Under the pieces are notes generated by a model. It did no database searches and was not told the DNA's origin. It worked only from the letters and a program-made list of their open reading frames with translations. The translations under genes were made by a program, and so were the position numbers. Shown here in pieces: positions 35,003-49,206 of a stretch of DNA of 64,000 bases (position 1 is its first letter; the number at the start of each line of letters is the position of its first letter). The stretch is from Octopus sinensis. Its lineage: Eukaryota. Where the stretch lies: assembly GCF_006345805.1 (NCBI RefSeq), contig NC_043001.1, positions 128,216,001 to 128,280,000 of the forward strand. The letters are read 5' to 3'.

Positions 35003-38000
35003 GGGTATTACCCTTGGGGTTGCCACAAATGTTAGGCTTTTGGGTATTACCCTTGAGGTTGCTACAAATGTTAGGCTTTTGGGTATTACCCTTGAGGTTG
35101 CTACAAATGTTAGGCTTTTGGGTATTACCCTTGGGGTTGCTACAAATGTTAGGCTTTTGGGTATTACCCTTGGGGTTGCTACAAATGTTAGGCTTTTGGG
35201 TATTACCCTTGGGGTTGCTACAAATGTTAGGCTTTTGGGTATTACCCTTGGGGTTGCTACAAATGTTAGGCTTTTGGGTATTACCCTTGGGGTTGCTACA
35301 AATGTTAGGCTTTTGGGTATTACCCTTGGGGTTGCTACAAATGTTAGGCTTTTGGGTATTACCCTTGGGGTTGCTACAAATGTTAGGCTTTTGGGTATTA
35401 CCCTTGAGGTTGCTACAAATGTTAGGCTTTTGGGTATTACCCTTGGGGTTGCTACAAATGTTAGGCTTTTGGGTATTACCCTTGGGGTTGCTACAAATGT
35501 TAGGCTTTTGGGTATTACCCTTGGGGTTGCTACAAATGTTAGGCTTTTGGGTATTACCCTTGAGGTTGCTACAAATGTTAGGCTTTTGGGTATTACCCTT
35601 GAGGTTGCTACAAATGTTAGGCTTTTGGGTATTACCCTTGAGGTTGCTACAAATGTTAGGCTTTTGGGTATTACCCTTGGGGTTGCTACAAATGTTAGGC
35701 TTTTGGGTATTACCCTTGGGGTTGCTACAAATGTTAGGCTTTTGGGTATTACCCTTGGGGTTGCTACAAATGTTAGGCTTTTGGGTATTACCTTGGGGTT
35801 GCTACAAATGTTAGGCTTTTGGGTATTACCCTTGAGGTTGCTACAAATGTTAGGCTTTTGGGTATTACCCTTGAGGTTGCTACAAATGTTAGGCTTTTGG
35901 GTATTACCCTTGGGGTTGCTACAAATGTTAGGCTTTTGGGTATTACCCTTGGGGTGCTACAAATGTTAGGCTTTTGGGTATTACCCTTGGGGTTGCTACA
36001 AATGTTAGGCTTTTGGGTATTACCCTTGAGGTTGCTACAAATGTTAGGCTTTTGGGTATTACCCTTGAGGTTGCTACAAATGTTAGGCTTTTGGGTATTA
36101 CCCTTGGGGTTGCTACAAATGTTAGGCTTTTGGGTATTACCCTTGGGGTTGCTACAAATGTTAGGCTTTTGGGTATTACCCTTGAGGTTGCTACAAATGT
36201 TAGGCTTTGGGTATTACCCTTCAGGTTGCTACAATGTTAGGCTTTTGGGTATTACCCTTGGGGTTGCTACAAATGTTAGGCTTTTGGGTATTACCCTTGA
36301 GGTTGCTACAAATGTTAGGCTTTTGGGTATTACCCTTGGGGTTGCTACAAATGTTAGGCTTTTGGGTATTACCCTTGAGGTTGCTACAAATGTTAGGCTT
36401 TTGGGTATTACCCTTGGGTTGCTACAAATGTTAGGCTTTTGGGTATTACCCTTGGGGTTGCTACAAATGTTAGGCTTTTGGGTATTACCCTTGGGGTTGC
36501 TACAAATGTTAGGCTTTTGGGTATTACCCTTGAGGTTGCTACAAATGTTAGGCTTTTGGGTATTATCCTTGAGGTTGCTACAAATGTTAGGCTTTTGGGT
36601 ATTACCCTTGAGGTTGCTACAAATGTTAGGCTTTTGGGTATTACCCTTGGGGTTGCTACAAATGTTAGGCTTTTGGGTATTACCCTTGGGGTTGCTACAA
36701 ATGTTAGGCTTTTGGGTATTACCCTTGAGGTTGCTACAAATGTTAGGCTTTTGGGTATTACCCTTGGGGTTGCTACAAATGTTAGGCTTTTGGGTATTAC
36801 CCTTGGGGTTGCTACAAATGTTAGGCTTTTGGGTATTACCCTTGAGGTTGCTACAAATGTTAGGCTTTTGGGTATTACCCTTGAGGTTGCTACAAATGTT
36901 AGGCTTTTGGGTATTACCCTTGGGGTTGCTACAAATGTTAGGCTTTTGGGTATTACCCTTGGGTTGCTACAAATGTTAGGCTTTTGGGTATTACCCTTGG
37001 GGTTGCTACAAATGTTAGGCTTTTGGGTATTACCCTTGGGGTTGCTACAAATGTTAGGCTTTTGGGTATTACCCTTGAGGTTGCTACAAATGTTAGGCTT
37101 TTGGGTATTACCCTTGGGGTTGCTACAAATGTTAGGCTTTTGGGTATTACCCTTGAGGTTGCTACACATGTTAGGCTTTTGGGTATTACCCTTGAGGTTG
37201 CTACAAATGTTAGGCTTTTGGGTATTACCCTTGGGGTTGCTACAAATGTTAGGCTTTTGGGTATTACCCTTGAGGTTGCTACAAATGTTATGCTTTTGGG
37301 TATTACCCTTGGGGTTGCTACAAATGTTAGGCTTTTGGGTATTACCCTTGGGGTTGCTACAAATGTTAGGCTTTTGGGTATTACCCTTGGGGTTGCTACA
37401 AATGTTAGGCTTTTGGGTATTACCCTTGAGGTTGCTACAAATGTTAGGCTTTGGGTATTACCCTTGAGGTTGCTACAAATGTTAGGCTTTTGGTATTACC
37501 CTTGGGGTGCTACAAATGTTAGGCTTTTGGGTATTACCCTTGAGGTTGCTACAAATGTTAGGCTTTTGGGTATACCCTTGGGGTTGCTACAAATGTTAGG
37601 CTTTTGGGTATTACCCTTGGGGTTGCTACAAATGTTAGGCTTTTGGGTATTACCCTTGAGGTTGCTACAAATGTTAGGCTTTTGGGTATTACCCTTGGGT
37701 TGCTACAAATGTTAGGCTTTGGGTATTACCCTTGGGGTTGCTACAAATGTTAGGCTTTTGGGTATTACCCTTGGGGTTGCTACAATGTTAGGCTTTTGGT
37801 ATTACCCTTGGGGTTGCTACAAATGTTAGGCTTTTGGGTATTACCCTTGGGGTTGCTACAAATGTTAGGCTTTTGGGTATTACCCTTGGGGTTGCTACAA
37901 ATGTTAGGCTTTTGGGTATTACCCTTGGGGTTGCTACAAATGTTAGGCTTTGGGTATTACCCTTGGGTTGCTAGAAATGTTAGGCTTTTGGGTATTACCC

Positions 38001-41000
38001 TTGGGGTTGCTACAAATGTTAGGCTTTTGGGTATTACCCTTGGGGTTGCTACAAATGTTAGGCTTTTGGGTATTACCCTTGGGGTTGCTACAAATGTTAG
38101 GCTTTTGGGTATTACCCTTGGGTTGCTACAAATGTTAGGCTTTTGGGTATTACCCTTGAGGTTGCTACAAATGTTAGGCTTTTGGGTATTACCCTTGAGG
38201 TTGCTACAAATGTTAGGCTTTTGGTATTACCCTTGGGGTTGCTACAAATGTTAGGCTTTGGGTATTACCCTTGGGGTTGCTACAAATGTTAGGCTTTTGG
38301 GTATTACCCTTGGGGTTGCTACAAATGTTAGGCTTTGGGTATTACCCTTGAGGTTGCTACAAATGTTAGGCTTTTGGGTATTACCCTTGAGGTTGCTACA
38401 AATGTTAGGCTTTTGGTATTACCCTTGGGGTTGCTACAAATGTTAGGCTTTGGGTATTACCCTTGGGGTTGCTACAAATGTTAGGCTTTTGGGTATTACC
38501 CTTGAGGTTGCTACAAATGTTAGGCTTTTGGGTATTACCCTTCAGGTTGCTACAAATGTTAGGCTTTTGGGTATTACCCTTGGGGTTGCTACAAATGTTA
38601 GGCTTTTGGGTATTACCCTTGAGGTTGCTACAAATGTTAGGCTTTTGGGTATTACCCTTGGGGTTGCTACAAATGTTAGGCTTTTGGGTATTACCCTTGA
38701 GGTTGCTACAAATGTTAGGCTTTTGGGTATTACCCTTGGGGTTGCTACAAATGTTAGGCTTTTGGTATTACCCTTGGGGTTGCTACAAATGTTAGGCTTT
38801 TGGGTATTACCCTTGGGGTTGCTACAAATGTTAGGCTTTTGGGTATTACCCTTGAGGTTGCTACAAATGTTAGGCTTTTGGGTATTACCCTTGGGGTGCT
38901 ACAAATGTTAGGCTTTTGGGTATTACCCTTGAGGTTGCTACAAATGTTAGGCTTTTGGGTATTACCCTTGGGTTGTTGCTACAAATGTTAGGCTTTTGGG
39001 TATTACCCTTGGGGTTGCTACAATGTTAGGCTTTTGGGTATTACCCTTGGGGTTGCTACAAATGTTAGGCTTTTGGGTATTACCCTTGGGGTTGCTACAA
39101 ATGTTAGGCTTTTGGGTATTACCCTTGAGGTTGCTACAAATGTTAGGCTTTTGGTATTACCCTTGGGGTTGCTACAAATGTTAGGCTTTGGGTATTACCC
39201 TTGAGGTTGCTACAAATGTTAGGCTTTTGGGTATTACCCTTGAGGTTGCTACAAATGTTAGGCTTTTGGTATTACCCTGGGGTTGCTACAATGTTAGGCT
39301 TTTGGTATTACCCTTGGGGTTGCTACAAATGTTAGGCTTTTGGGTATTACCCTTGAGGTTGCTACAAATGTTAGGCTTTTGGTATTACCCTTGAGGTTGC
39401 TACAAATGTTAGGCTTTTGGGTATTACCCTTGGGGTTGCTACAAATGTTAGGCTTTTGGGTATTACCCTTGGGGTTGCTACAAATGTTAGGCTTTTGTAT
39501 TACCTTACCTTGGGGTTGCTACAAATGTTAGGCTTTTGGGTATTACCCTTGGGTTGCTACAAATGTTAGGCTTTTGGGTATTACCCTTGGTTGCTACAAA
39601 TGTTAGGCTTTTGGGTATTACCCTTGGGGTTGCTACAAATGTTAGGCTTTTGGGTATTACCCTTGGGGTTGCTACAAATGTTAGGCTTTTGGGTATTACC
39701 CTTGAGGTTGCTACAAATGTTAGGCTTTGGGTATTACCCTTGAGGTTGCTACAAATGTTAGGCTTTTGGGTATTACCCTTGGGTTGCTACAAATGTTAGG
39801 CTTTTGGTATTACCCTTGGGGTTGCTACAAATGTTAGGCTTTGGGTATTACCCTTGAGGTTGCTACACATGTTAGGCTTTTGGGTATTACCCTTGGGGTT
39901 GCTACAAATGTTAGGCTTTTGGGTATTACCCTTGGGTTGCTACAAATGTTAGGCTTTTGTATTATTACCTTGAGGTTGCTACAAATGTTAGGCTTTTGGT
40001 ATTACCCTTGGGTTGCTACAAATGTTAGGCTTTTGGGTATTACCCTTGAGGTTGCTACAAATGTTAGGCTTTTGGGTATTACCCTTGGGTTGCTACAAAT
40101 GTTAGGCTTTTGGTATTACCCTTGGGGTTGCTACAAATGTTAGGCTTTTGGGTATTACCCTTGGGTTGCTACAAATGTTAGGCTTTTGGGTATTACCCTT
40201 GGGGTTGCTACAAATGTTAGGCTTTTGGGTATTACCCTTGGGGTTGCTACAAATGTTAGGCTTTTGGTATTACCCTTGGGGTTGCTACAAATGTTAGGCT
40301 TTGGGTATTACCCTTGGGGTTGCTACAAATGTTAGGCTTTTGGGTATTACCCTTGGGGTTGCTACAAATGTTAGGCTTTTGGGTATTACCCTTGGGGTTG
40401 CTACAAATGTTAGGCTTTGGGTATTACCCTTGGGTTGCTACAAATGTTAGGCTTTTGGTATTACCCTTGGGGTTGCTACAAATGTTAGGCTTTTGGGTAT
40501 TACCCTTGGGGTTGCTACAAATGTTAGGCTTTTGGGTATTACCCTTGGGTTGTTGCTACAAATGTTAGGCTTTTGGTATTACCCTTGGGGTTGCTACAAA
40601 TGTTAGGCTTTTGGGTATTACCCTTGAGGTTGCTACAATGTTAGGCTTTTGGTATTACCCTTGGGGTGCTACAAATGTTAGGCTTTTGGTATTACCCTTG
40701 GGGTTGCTACAAATGTTAGGCTTTTGGGTATTACCCTTGGGGTTGCTACAAATGTTAGGCTTTTGGGTATTACCTTGGGGTTGCTACAAATGTTAGGCTT
40801 TTGGGTATTACCCTTGGGGTTGCTACAAATGTTAGGCTTTTGGGTATTACCCTTGAGGTTGCTACAAATGTTAGGCTTTTGGGTATTACCCTTGAGGTTG
40901 CTACAATGTTAGGCTTTTGGTATTACCCTTGGGGTTGCTACAAATGTTAGGCTTTTGGGTATTACCCTTGGGTTGCTACAAATGTTAGGCTTTTGGGTAT

Positions 41001-44000
41001 TACCTTGAGGTTGCTACAAATGTTAGGCTTTTGGGTATTACACTTGGGGTTGCTACAAATGTTAGGCTTTTGGGTATTACCCTTGGGTTGCTACAAATGT
41101 TAGGCTTTTGGGTATTACCCTGAGGTTGCTACAAATGTTAGGCTTTTGGGTATTACCCTTGAGGTTGCTACAAATGTTAGGCTTTTGGGTATTACCCTTG
41201 GGGTTGCTACAAATGTTAGGCTTTTGGGTATTACCCTTGGGGTTGCTACAAATGTTAGGCTTTTGGGTATTACCCTTGGGTTGCTACAAATGTTAGGCTT
41301 TGGGTATTACCCTTGGGGTTGCTACAAATGTTAGGCTTTGGGTATTACCCTTGGGGTTGCTACAAATGTTAGGCTTTTGGGTATTACCCTTGGGTTGCTA
41401 CAAATGTTAGGCTTTTGGGTATTACCCTTGGGGTTGCTACAAATGTTAGGCTTTTGGGTATTACCCTTGGGGTTGCTACAAATGTTAGGCTTTTGGGTAT
41501 TACCCTTGGGGTTGCTACAAATGTTAGGCTTTTGGGTATTACCCTTGGGGTTGCTACAAATGTTAGGCTTTTGGGTATTACCCTTGAGGTTGCTACAAAT
41601 GTTAGGCTTTTGGGTATTACCCTTGGGGTGCTACAAATGTTAGGCTTTTGGGTATTACCCTTGGGGTTGCTACAAATGTTAGGCTTTTGGGTATTACCCT
41701 TGGGTTGCTACAAATGTTAGGCTTTTGGGTATTACCCTTGAGGTTGCTACAAATGTTAGGCTTTTGGTATTACCCTTGAGGTTGCTACAAATGTTAGGCT
41801 TTTGGGTATTACCCTTGGGGTTGCTACAAATGTTAGGCTTTTGGGTATTACCCTTGGGGTTGCTACAAATGTTAGGCTTTTGGGTATTACCCTTGGGGTT
41901 GCTACAATGTTAGGTTTTGCTTTTGGGTATTACCCTTGGGGTTGCTACAAATGTTAGGCTTTTGGGTATTACCCTTGAGGTTGCTACAAATGTTAGGCTT
42001 TTGGGTATTACCCTTGAGGTTGCTACAAATGTTAGGCTTTTGGGTATTACCCTTGGGGTTGCTACAAATGTTAGGCTTTTGGGTATTACCTTGGGGTTGC
42101 TACAAATGTTAGGCTTTTGGGTATTACCCTTGAGGTTGCTACAAATGTTAGGCTTTTGGGTATTACACTTGGGGTTGCTACAATGTTAGGCTTTTGGGTA
42201 TTACCCTTGGGGTTGCTACAAATGTTAGGCTTTTGGGTATTACCCTTGAGGTTGCTACAAATGTTAGGCTTTTGGGTATTACCCTTGAGGTTGCTACAAA
42301 TGTTAGGCTTTTGGTATTACCCTTGGGGTTGCTACAAATGTTAGGCTTTTGGGTATTACCCTTGGTTGCTACAAATGTTAGGCTTTTGGGTATTACCCTT
42401 GGGGTTGCTACAAATGTTAGGCTTTTGGGTATTACCCTTGAGGTTGCTACAAATGTTAGGCTTTTGGGTATTACCCTTGGGGTTGCTACAAATGTTAGGC
42501 TTTTGGGTATTACCCTTGGGGTTGCTACAAATGTTAGGCTTTTGGGTATTACCCTTGAGGTTGCTACAAATGTTAGGCTTTTGGGTATTACCCTTGGGGT
42601 TGCTACAAATGTTAGGCTTTTGGGTATTACCCTTGAGGTTGCTACAAATGTTAGTCTTTTGGGTATTACCCTTGAGGTTGCTACAAATGTTAGGCTTTTG
42701 GGTATTACCCTTGGGGTTGCTACTAATGTTACGCTTTTGGGTATTACCCTGGGGTTGCTACAATGTTAGGCTTTTGGGTATTACCCTTGAGGTTGCTACA
42801 AATGTTAGGCTTTTGGGTATTACCCTTGAGGTTGCTACAAATGTTAGGCTTTTGTGTATTACCCTTGGGGTTGCTACAAATGTTAGGCTTTTGGGTATTA
42901 CCCTTGGGGTTGCTACAAATGTTAGGCTTTTGGGTATTACCCTTGAGGTTGCTACAAATGTTAGCTTTTGGGTATTACCCTTGGGGTTGCTACAAATGTT
43001 AGGCTTTTGGGTATTACCCTTGGGGTTGCTACAAATGTTAGGCTTTTGGGTATTACCCTTGAGGTTGCTACAAATGTTAGGCTTTTGGGTATTACCCTTG
43101 AGGTTGCTACAAATGTTAGGCTTTTGGGTATTACCCTTGGTGTTGCTACAAATGTTAGGCTTTTGGGTATTACCCTTGGGTTGCTACAAATGTTAGGCTT
43201 TTGGGTATTACCCTTGAGGTTGCTACAAATGTTAGGCTTTTGGGTATTACCCTTGGGGTTGCTACAAATGTTAGGCTTTTGGGTATTACCCTTGGGGTTG
43301 CTACAAATGTTAGGCTTTTGGGTATTACCTTGGGGTTGCTACAAATGTTAGGCTTTTGGGTATTACCCTTGGGTTGCTACAAATGTTAGGCTTTTGGGTA
43401 TTACCCTTGGGGTTGCTACAAATGTTAGGCTTTTGGGTATTACCTTGAGGTTGCTACAAATGTTAGGCTTTTGGGTATTACCCTTGGGGTTGCTACAAAT
43501 GTTAGCTTTTGGGTATTACCCTTGGGGTTGCTACAAATGTTAGGCTTTTGGGTATTACCCTTGAGGTTGCTACAAATGTTAGGCTTTTGGGTATTACCCT
43601 TGAGGTTGCTACAAATGTTAGGCTTTTGGGTATTACCCTGGGGTTGCTACAAATGTTAGGCTTTTGGGTATTACCCTTGGGGTTGCTACAAATGTTAGGC
43701 TTTTGGGTATTACCCTTGGGGTTGCTACAAATGTTAGGCTTTTGGGTATTACCCTTGGGGTTGCTGCAAATGTTAGGCTTTTGGGTATTACCCTTGGGGT
43801 TGCTACAAATGTTAGGCTTTTGGGTATTACCCTTGAGGTTGCTACAAATGTTAGGCTTTTGGGTATTACCCTTGAGGTTGCTACAAATGTTAGGCTTTTG
43901 GGTATTACCCTTGGGGTTGCTACAAATGTTAGGCTTTTGGGTATTACCCTTGGGGTTGCTACAAATGTTAGGCTTTTGGGTATTACCCTTGGGGTTGCTA

Positions 44001-44754
44001 CAAATGTTAGGCTTTTGGGTATTACCCTTGGGGTTGCTACAAATGTTAGGCTTTTGGGTATTACCCTTGAGGTTGCTACAAATGTTAGGCTTTTGGGTAT
44101 TACCCTTGGGGTTCTACAAATGTTAGGCTTTTGGGTATTACCCTTGGGGTTGCTACAAATGTTAGGCTTTTGGGTATTACCCTTGAGGTTGCTACAAATG
44201 TTAGGCTTTTGGGTATTACCCTTGAGGTTGCTACAAATGTTAGGCTTTTGGGTATTACCCTTGGGGTTGCTACAAATGTTAGGCTTTTGGTATTACCCTT
44301 GGGGTTGCTACAAATGTTAGGCTTTTGGGTATTACCCTTGGGGTTGCTACAAATGTTAGGCTTTTGGGTATTACCCTTGGGGTTGCTACAATGTTAGGCT
44401 TTTGGGTATTACCCTTGAGGTTGCTACAAATGTTAGGCTTTTGGGTATTACCCTTGGGGTTGCTACAAATGTTAGGCTTTTGGGTATTACCCTTGGGGTT
44501 GCTACAAATGTTAGGCTTTTGGGTATTACCCTTGAGGTTGCTACAAATGTTAGGCTTTTGGGTATTACCCTTGGGGTTGCTACAAATGTTAGGCTTTTGG
44601 GTATTACCCTTGGGGTTGCTACAAATGTTAGGCTTTTGGGTATTACCCTTGAGGTTGCTACAAATGTTAGGCTTTTGGGTATTACCCTTGGGGTTGCTAC
44701 AAATGTTAGGCTTTTGGGTATTACCCTTGGGGTTGCTACAAATGTTAGGCTTTT
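35003..44754. repeat. 39-bp tandem satellite, about 250 copies (gggtattacccttg[g/a]ggttgctacaaatgttaggctttt)
   Basis: Continuous array of 9752 bp; 13-aa periodic ORFs (LLGITLGVATNVR etc.) reflect the 39-bp unit. Confidence 0.99.
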
Positions 44755-46248
44755 CAAACTTCAGTGCTCTCACCTGACAATGTTACATATGTGACATAAG
44801 TACATCTCTTCAGCAATTTAAAATACTTCAGCCTTGACAAGTCAACAAGAATGTCTTTATGTGGTCCCTAGACTTGTTAGAAATAGCTAAATTCTCTTGA
44901 ATGACATAATATCTTACTTTTTTAAAGAAAAAAGAAAGAATACATAAACCATTGTGGTATTACATATCGAAAAAGAAGGAGTGATTGTGGTTGGAACAGC
45001 TTTGGTAATAAATTTTTCCAATCAGGCCTAACCTGGTACTAAATTGTAACAATTTTAACCTTGATCAATGGCAGCTTGGACTACCATCCAAGGTGAGCCT
45101 TCAAAAGTAGGTATAGCAATCACTTATTTTTACCATACAAAGCCCAAGTGTAACTAACATTAGTGTATTGCTCATATATTTAGGATGGTGGTACACATAT
45201 ACTCTCTTTCTCTGTCTTCATATGTTATGCCTAATGGTATCAATGATCATGGACTTCTGTGTCAAGATCTGAAAATTCATGATTTTTCATTGGAAAGATA
45301 CAGCAATGGCTCCTTGTCTTCTGCTGAATTACTAACAGTTTACTCTGCTAGTCTCCTAATCTCCAAACCAACCCTTGAGGTACAGGACCTCTTTAACCCT
45401 TGGGTGAGAATTGGTTTGTGTGACACTAGCACATGTCTACACCAGTGGGTTTGTGTGACATATATCTATTAGCTAGCTGTTCTCCAGGCCCTGTATGTTT
45501 TAGCTACATGACACAGAGCTATTCAGACAAACATTCTGGACTATATCCAAATAAAGTCCATTTGGAAGAATGACAAAGTGTTACTAAATAAAATACTACA
45601 ATCGCTGGTACACAGACATGCTATTTCTTCTCTTTAATTCTTCCATCACTACTACTATGATGTCTGCTCCACTGAACTAGAAAGTTGTGTTTCTCCCCAG
45701 CACACATCTCTTTCCCTCTCGTATCTATTGTATCCCATATCCCAGATCCTACACCAAATTTTTATGCCAGTGTTATCTGTGTAGAACAGCAGTCCTTTAG
45801 AATTTCTTCTCCACACCCATTTTTCTACTAACTTAAGATGAATTCTTAAATCATTGCATTTTCATATCAAAGGAAAATAAACCCCAGATCCCTTGCAAAA
45901 CAAAACAATAACAGAATCTCCCACAACCTACTCTAATGATTCCTAAACAGCGTATAATGGTACAATGGTGTGCCAGGAAGCAGCTCTATGTGTGCTGCAA
46001 ATTGTATTTTTATTGCCTTTCTTTATATAGTATTCATTCAAATTAATATATTGATTTCATGCTCCAAAAATGAAAATCCATTAATAACTGTTGAGACAGA
46101 CAAATGTTCAGAAAGATTAATGTTTCCTTCACACTACAGATGCAGGTGTGGCTGTGTGGTTAAGAAGCCTGATTCTCAACCATTTAGACCTGAGTCCTGT
46201 CCCACTGCATGACACCTTGGGCAAGTGTTTTCTATATATTCCTGGATT

Positions 46249-46481
46249 AAGGTGGCGAGCTGGCAGAAACGGTAGCACGCCGGGCGAAATGCGTAGCCGT
46301 ATTTCGTCTGCCGTTACGTTCCGAGTTCAAATTCCGCCGAGGTCGACTTTGCCTTTCATCCTTTTGGGGTCGATAAATTACGTACCAGTTACGCACTGGG
46401 GTTGATGGAATCGACTTAATCGCTTTGTCTGTCCTTGTTTGTCCCCTCTGTGTTTAGCCCCTTGTGGGTAGTAAAGAAATA
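46249..46481 (+). mobile_element. SINE family 2, full length, 16-bp TSD, nested in a SINE family 1 fragment
   Basis: TSD tatatattcctggatt at 46233-46248 and 46482-46497. Confidence 0.92.
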
Positions 46482-46799
46482 TATATATTCCTGGATTGAC
46501 CAAAGCCTTCTAAATGGATTTGGTAGGTGGAAACTGAAAGAAGCTCATCATATGTGTGTGTGTGTACATATGTGTGTTTGTGTGTACTCTTCTCTTGACA
46601 TCATGGTTGTAAACAAGCATCACTGTCATACAAGCGGTGTTGTTCATTTCTAGCCTTCAATGAAAAAAAAAAAATGTATGGCCATGGGATAACATGAAGC
46701 CGCTTGGAAACAGCTAAGTTCATACAGTCATAGAAAATCTGCCTCAACAAATTCAATTTAACCCAATGTAAGCATGGAAAAGGGGGCACTAAACAAAGA

Positions 46800-46997
46800 T
46801 AATGACAATGATGGTAATGATAATGACGATGATGATAATGATGATGATGATGACGATGATGATGATGATGATGATGATGACAACAACGATTATGACGATG
46901 ATGACTATGATGGTGATGATGATAATGATAACGATGGTGATAATGATGATGACGACGACGACTACGATGGTGATGATGGTGATGATGATGACGATGG

Positions 46998-47033
<36 letters not shown>

Positions 47034-47130
47034 CACCACCGCTGCCGCCGATGACAGCGATGACTATGATGGTAATGATGATGATAATGATGACGATGGT
47101 GATGATGATGATAATGGTGGTGGTGATTAC
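46800..47130 (+). repeat. Degenerate (GAT/GAC/GGT)n trinucleotide expansion, probably an expanded RTE tail
   Basis: Immediately preceded by aacccaatgtaagcatggaaaa, a decayed RTE terminus. Confidence 0.9.
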
Positions 47131-47494
47131 AAATAAGAGATCCAGTGGTTGGGGTGTTGGGATCATCTTTGTAGAATTGTTGGTTAAATATCTGGAAAGG
47201 ATGGCACTTTATGCTTTTAAAGGAAGAAACCTTATTTCATGCTGGGTGTTAACCTTGCTGATGAACTGGCATGCCATTCTGCAAATGAGATCTTCAAGGG
47301 TTACAGTAGCAACCACCTGACCTTCAATTTCTGCTAAAGGATGGGTAGCAATGTTAGTTCATGTTACCCACATTGGCCTTGACTTGCTGTTGCTGGTGGT
47401 GATGATGATGGTGGTGGTGGTAGTGGTAGTGATAACGAAGAACCAGTGATGGGATGCCTTTATATGTTAACTTCCTCTCTCTCCCTTTCTGTAT

Positions 47495-48465
<971 letters not shown>

Positions 48466-48894
48466 ATCTATCTGTCACTTTTTCTCTCTGTCCCTGTCTG
48501 TCTGTCTGTCCGTCCGCATTGGCACTTTTTGGATGGTTATAGTCCTGTTAGTGTATATGCTTACATTCATGTGCGTTAACTACAGCATTAGAGAGATTTG
48601 GCTCTTATTTCTAGCAATGTAGATGTTTTCTAACACCCTAGTTACATTTAGTGACACTTATAATTCTCCTTTTTTCGTGAAACATTGCAAACTGCTGTTT
48701 ATATTAATTTTATATATACACATTAACAAATTGCTAAATCATCCAATTATTGATGACAAAAATGTAAAAACTGTTTTGAAAGAGTCTGGAAAGAGCCAAA
48801 GTTGAGTTGTCTTAACCGATGAAGCAATGGAAATTGCCAAAACTGACACATATAGTGTATATATTTTCATTCATGTGCATTATATAAATATAAT

Positions 48895-49130
48895 GCACCA
48901 ATCCGACCGTGGCCGTTGCCAGCCTCGCCTGGCACCTGTGCGGGTGGCACATAAAAAGCACCACTACACTCACGGAGTGGTTGGTGTTAGGAAGGGCATC
49001 CAGCTGTAGAAACATTGCCAGATAAGACTGGAGCCTGGTGCAGCCTTCTGGCTTCCCAGATCCCCGGTCGAACCGTCCAACCCATGCTAGCATGGAGAAC
49101 GGACGTTAAACGATGATGATGATGATGATG
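48895..49130 (+). mobile_element. RTE 3' fragment flanked by a 35-bp direct repeat
   Basis: atagtgtatatattttcattcatgtgcattatata at 48852-48886 and 49147-49181. Confidence 0.85.
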
Positions 49131-49175
49131 ATATATATATATACAGATAGTGTATATATTTTCATTCATGTGCAT

Positions 49176-49206
<31 letters not shown>

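Noticed and set aside
35003-44754. CRISPR array or telomeric array
   Set aside because: There are no unique spacers and the DNA is eukaryotic; TTAGGC occurs only once per 39 bp, not as tandem hexamers.
34986-44794. Long ORFs (up to 386 aa) of LLGITLGVATNVR / LLQMLGFWVLPLG repeats
   Set aside because: They arise automatically from a stop-free 39-bp unit; there is no unique N- or C-terminal coding context or splice support.
45371-45406. acccttgaggt and acccttgggt echoing the satellite core 600 bp downstream
   Set aside because: The 10-11 nt matches have no flanking similarity and are compatible with chance.
46774-47320. Poly-Asp acidic protein or Met-rich ORF
   Set aside because: This is a (GAT)n expansion directly following a decayed RTE terminus; all frames are low complexity.
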